DNA of 64,000 bases from a virus, in IMG/VR virus record IMGVR_UViG_3300012000_000001, positions 64,001 through 128,000 of that record. One strand, given 5' to 3'. The notes under the pieces are model-generated. The model was not told where the DNA came from. It did no database searches and saw nothing but the letters and a program-made list of their open reading frames with translations. A program made the translations under genes and the position numbers. Of the stretch, positions 60,759 to 64,000 are shown piece after piece. Position 1 is the first letter of the stretch, and every line of letters starts with the position of its first letter.

Positions 60759-61752
60759 GACTAAGTGTCCAATCAATAGTTTTTTTAAGAGACATATCAA
60801 AACAGAGTGGAGGTTCCCAGCCCATTTCTTTAAGTTTTTTACCGTTTAGTGCGTATCTTCTATCATGCCCTGGTCTAGTTTTATGAAAATCTATATATTC
60901 TATCTTATATGGTTTATTTAGAATAGATGCTATAGCTTCTACCATTTCATCGTTTTTTAGTTTTGTATCTCCAACTATATTATAATGCTCACCAGCAATA
61001 CCATGTGTGAATAAAAAAACAGTAGCGTTAGCTGCATTTCTAGCATGTAACCAATGTCTTTCTCCAACATATTCAACTTTACCAAAATCATCTAATTTAG
61101 CATGTATCGGAATGGTTTTATCTTGTAAAATATAATCTATGCTTTTAGATACAAGTTTTTCTTTATGCTGTCTTTCTCCGAATAAGTTCATAGTATAGGT
61201 GGTAATAATAGGCAATTTATATGTAATATGATAACTGATTCCAACAGCTCCTTGACCAGCCTTACTAGCGCTATATGGATTAGACGGTCTCCATCTGTCT
61301 GTTTCTACAAAGTCATAATCCGGTGGGGCTGGACCAAATACTTCATCAGTTAAATAATTGATAAAAATAGCTTCTGGAGAATATTGTCGATACCACTCTA
61401 AGAGATTGACTGTTCCCATTACATTGTCTTCAAAGAATTGCTTAGGATACATAATGCTTCTGTCCACATGACTATTAGCCGCTATATGTGCTATATAGTT
61501 TACTTGTCCTATTTCTTCTATTAAGTGTGGAGGTAATGCAAATTTTAAATCATGATAAACTAATTTAATTCTATTAGCATGCTTCTGAACATGTAGACTA
61601 TCCATTAGTCTTCTTAGATCCCCTACATAGGTCATGCGACATAAACCTATAATATTCCAATTAGTATTGACCAAAATTTCTTCTACCAAATGAGAACCCA
61701 AAAATCCAGCAGCACCAGTAATAAGAATTGTTGGTTTAGAAAATTTTGACAT
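60751..61752 (-). CDS. rmlB: dTDP-glucose 4,6-dehydratase
   Basis: ITGAAGFLGSH, HIAANSHVDRSI, TDEVFG, PYSASKA, RPGHDRRYA. Confidence 0.9.
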   Translation of the reverse strand: MSKFSKPTILITGAAGFLGSHLVEEILVNTNWNIIGLCRMTYVGDLRRLMDSLHVQKHANRIKLVYHDLKFALPPHLIEEIGQVNYIAHIAANSHVDRSIMYPKQFFEDNVMGTVNLLEWYRQYSPEAIFINYLTDEVFGPAPPDYDFVETDRWRPSNPYSASKAGQGAVGISYHITYKLPIITTYTMNLFGERQHKEKLVSKSIDYILQDKTIPIHAKLDDFGKVEYVGERHWLHARNAANATVFLFTHGIAGEHYNIVGDTKLKNDEMVEAIASILNKPYKIEYIDFHKTRPGHDRRYALNGKKLKEMGWEPPLCFDMSLKKTIDWTLSHG

Positions 61753-61758
61753 TGGGTA

Positions 61759-62685
61759 TTAATGCCCTATATAGCTTCTATTATTTAATTTTTTATAATT
61801 TCTAATGGTAGACTCAGATAGATGATGCCACTCTATAGTAAATGAGTTGGCGTCTCGCTGCAATAGCCGACCGTGTACAGAAAGATCTTCTTCCAAAAAA
61901 ACAAAGTTATCGTATGCCATAGATAAATGTAATTTTTTAGTAGTAGATTTAGTATTTATGATTCTGATATTTGGGTATTTGGTAGACGCAATTTTATATC
62001 CATTATATTGAGAAATATATCCAAATATTCTTTCTATACTATGGCAATATTTTCCTTCTTTATAATCGATCACGTATCCTTTTTCTGTCTCTAGTCTAGG
62101 CTTTAGATAAGATAAAGACTGAGTATTAATAAACTTATGATATAAGTCACTTCTGGCCATAAACATTGTGCCAGCAGCGAACTTTCGTTTGTTAATCGGG
62201 GGTTTGGGCCATTCATAGTATTGTAATATTTCGTTAATTTTGGAGAAATTTAAAAACTCTTTATTATTTAATAGTAAATTAGCATGACTTATTAAGCCTA
62301 TTTTGTTATATTTAGTCATGTATGTATAGTTATAATCAAAATTTTTACCACCGTTTCCTAGCAAGGAATGTAATAAAACGTGTCTCCATTCTATTTTAGA
62401 CATTAATTTACTTTTTTTACTATGTATTTTTATAAAAAAAGATTGCTTGTTCATATTATTAGCAAAATCAGAAAGAAAAGGTAATATATCTCCACCAACA
62501 TTTTTATGATAATTAATTTGAAAGCTAGGAAAGTTATTTTTTACATCTGTCTCTATATTAGAAGCTAGAGACGTTTCTTCACATAATCCAAGATGTAAAA
62601 CTATCCTGTTTTTAATAGGAGACAGTAAGTCATAAAACTCGGGCCACAAATCAATATGATATAGCCATAAATAGACATCAACCAT
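61759..62685 (-). CDS. Rhamnan synthesis protein F (RgpF)-like glycosyltransferase
   Basis: LYHIDLWPEF, NVGGDILPF, KIHSKKS, WRHVLLHSL, FAAGTMF, HSIERIFG. Confidence 0.82.
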   Translation of the reverse strand: MVDVYLWLYHIDLWPEFYDLLSPIKNRIVLHLGLCEETSLASNIETDVKNNFPSFQINYHKNVGGDILPFLSDFANNMNKQSFFIKIHSKKSKLMSKIEWRHVLLHSLLGNGGKNFDYNYTYMTKYNKIGLISHANLLLNNKEFLNFSKINEILQYYEWPKPPINKRKFAAGTMFMARSDLYHKFINTQSLSYLKPRLETEKGYVIDYKEGKYCHSIERIFGYISQYNGYKIASTKYPNIRIINTKSTTKKLHLSMAYDNFVFLEEDLSVHGRLLQRDANSFTIEWHHLSESTIRNYKKLNNRSYIGH

Positions 62686-62688
62686 AAA

Positions 62689-62946
62689 CTATTTAGGAGT
62701 AGGTGATGTTAGCTTATTGTATACCACTAAAGCGATTACTGAACCCACTACGCCCATAAATAATCCTGCTGGACTCACAGCTTCATACTTACCAAGCAGA
62801 TATAATAGGGCTCCGCCAACATACGACCCTGCTATGCCCAAAGCAACAGTTTGTAAAAATCCAAATCTCTCTTCTCCCGGAACTATGCTTTTTGCAATAC
62901 TGCCAACGAAAATTCCATAAACAGCCCATATTAATATGCTAAACAT
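62689..62946 (-). CDS. GlsB/YeaQ/YmgE-family (transglycosylase-associated) membrane protein
   Basis: WAVYGIFVGSIAKSIVPG...TVALGIAGSYVGG...FMGVVGSVIAL. Confidence 0.88.
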   Translation of the reverse strand: MFSILIWAVYGIFVGSIAKSIVPGEERFGFLQTVALGIAGSYVGGALLYLLGKYEAVSPAGLFMGVVGSVIALVVYNKLTSPTPK

Positions 62947-63343
62947 TTGCAGCCTCCGCTAGTGTAATAATCTCCTCCTCCGTAAGAACCTCTCCTGTGT
63001 CTAACAAAGCAGTCAATATAGATAGACCATATTTGGCATAGTCTTCCCTACTCATTTCTTGCCTTAGAATTTTTTTGATACGCATTTTAGTAAACCAGCC
63101 CCTATTAGAACTAAAATACTTGATTTGTTCACCATATAGATTATATTTATCTTGTTGTGTTGACATCCCCACCAGTTTACTCTTATTGCATTCTTGTAAA
63201 ATTCTAATACAAGTTAATATGACGCTTATAATCATTAAAATGGTAATAATAGCAAAACCATGATTACCATCAGTTGGCACTTGGGATTTATTTAATATTT
63301 TAACAGCTATGTCTTTAAGTTTTTCGCTTTGATGATTATTCAT
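62939..63343 (-). CDS. Hypothetical single-pass membrane protein
   Basis: Hydrophobic AIITILMIISVILTCIRIL followed by a basic soluble tail. Confidence 0.7.
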   Translation of the reverse strand: MNNHQSEKLKDIAVKILNKSQVPTDGNHGFAIITILMIISVILTCIRILQECNKSKLVGMSTQQDKYNLYGEQIKYFSSNRGWFTKMRIKKILRQEMSREDYAKYGLSILTALLDTGEVLTEEEIITLAEAANV

Positions 63344-63363
63344 AAATTATAAACTCTTTAATG

Positions 63364-63597
63364 TTAGGGTTCGCAATAATTGCAATCTATTTTTTTGATA
63401 CCATCGCCGCTCATATACCAACCCTTGCCTTTACACACAGGACAATCTTTTCTTTTGTGTTTTATTGTTTCGGCCTGTACATGCTTGGCTTTAATAATGC
63501 CCCCAGCTATGACCACTGGAGCAAGCGTTGATCCATAATAATTTTGTTGAAAAAACAAAAAACCAACACACAATAATCCGATAGAAACTTTATTCAT
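63364..63597 (-). CDS. Small exported/membrane protein with DnaJ-type CxxCxGxG Zn finger
   Basis: N-terminal hydrophobic segment; CPVCKGKG...CNYC. Confidence 0.7.
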   Translation of the reverse strand: MNKVSIGLLCVGFLFFQQNYYGSTLAPVVIAGGIIKAKHVQAETIKHKRKDCPVCKGKGWYMSGDGIKKIDCNYCEP

Positions 63598-63809
63598 TTT
63601 TTTCTCCACGGTAATGGTATAACATTATCTATTGTATCTATCACCTTTTTAAGTGGTCTTGGTCTGCGTGGAGATGGAACATCGTCAGGAGGAGGAATAT
63701 CTGGTTTGGTTTTGGGAGCAAGTTTTACTAAAATATTAGCTAATTTTTCTATAATAGTAATTATTAAATTGATCAAAGCCCTGAGTTGTAATCTTTCTCT
63801 TAGATTCAT
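63594..63809 (-). CDS. Hypothetical small protein (amphipathic helix plus Pro-rich basic tail)
   Basis: 71-aa ORF, ATGA/TA-coupled to neighbours. Confidence 0.65.
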   Translation of the reverse strand: MNLRERLQLRALINLIITIIEKLANILVKLAPKTKPDIPPPDDVPSPRRPRPLKKVIDTIDNVIPLPWRKK

Positions 63810-64000
63810 AGATAATCCTCAAAACCGTAAGAAGGAAGCTTTTGTAATGGAAATCCATCAAATCCACTAAAAGCATAAGACCCGTTTTGAGCAAGCATCC
63901 CTGCCGCCACATCGGTGTGTATTAAAAATGACCCGTCGGGTATCGGACCCCATTCTGGATGTCCACCATCATTCCATTTACCCCAACTATTTTGCACTAA
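63806..64000 (-). CDS. C-terminus of a papain-like (C1) cysteine peptidase, 5' end outside the window
   Basis: Frame is open to the window edge: LVQNSWGKW (catalytic Asn motif NSWG). Confidence 0.75.
   Translation of the reverse strand, partial: LVQNSWGKWNDGGHPEWGPIPDGSFLIHTDVAAGMLAQNGSYAFSGFDGFPLQKLPSYGFEDYL

Noticed and set aside
1-64000. CRISPR array, tRNA genes, or eukaryotic giant-virus origin
   Set aside because: No spaced direct repeats or cloverleafs were seen in the few short intergenic gaps. DnaE/DnaB/DnaG/RecA/SSB, sigma70 promoters and overlapping start/stop coupling indicate a bacteriophage.

Overview
AT-rich, very compact 64 kb segment of a large tailed dsDNA bacteriophage. 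The bacterial-type DnaE/DnaB/DnaG/RecA/SSB replisome argues against a eukaryotic giant virus. Two converging blocks meet at ~30,040. The + strand block (1-30,040) is putatively structural: an FN3 protein, three genes built from ten copies of a ~135-aa Cys-rich 'WP' module, two genes with circularly permuted FGE-sulfatase (C-type-lectin-fold) domains on Thr/Pro stalks (one also with a 7-blade propeller and BspA/DUF285 repeats), and three giant unknown proteins (665, 2130, 2646 aa). The - strand block (30,037-64,000) carries replication, recombination and nucleotide genes: an intein-less split DnaE with a DEDDh exonuclease and a Cys microprotein between the halves, ssb, primase, dnaB, recA, a putative Rad52-like annealase, nucleases, dNMP kinase, phoH, a frameshifted dUTPase, class II RNR and dCMP deaminase. 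It also has two glycan-modification clusters (one largely of eroded GT-B/nucleotidyltransferase/methyltransferase-like genes; one with rmlB, RgpF-like, NodZ-like and GT77-like genes) and, at the right edge, a papain-like protease fragment with small membrane proteins. A PVC-group (planctomycete-like) host is a weak inference from the FGE-domain subtype. All family calls come from motifs recognised by eye; no database searches were run. No tRNA, CRISPR array, RT or intein was seen.
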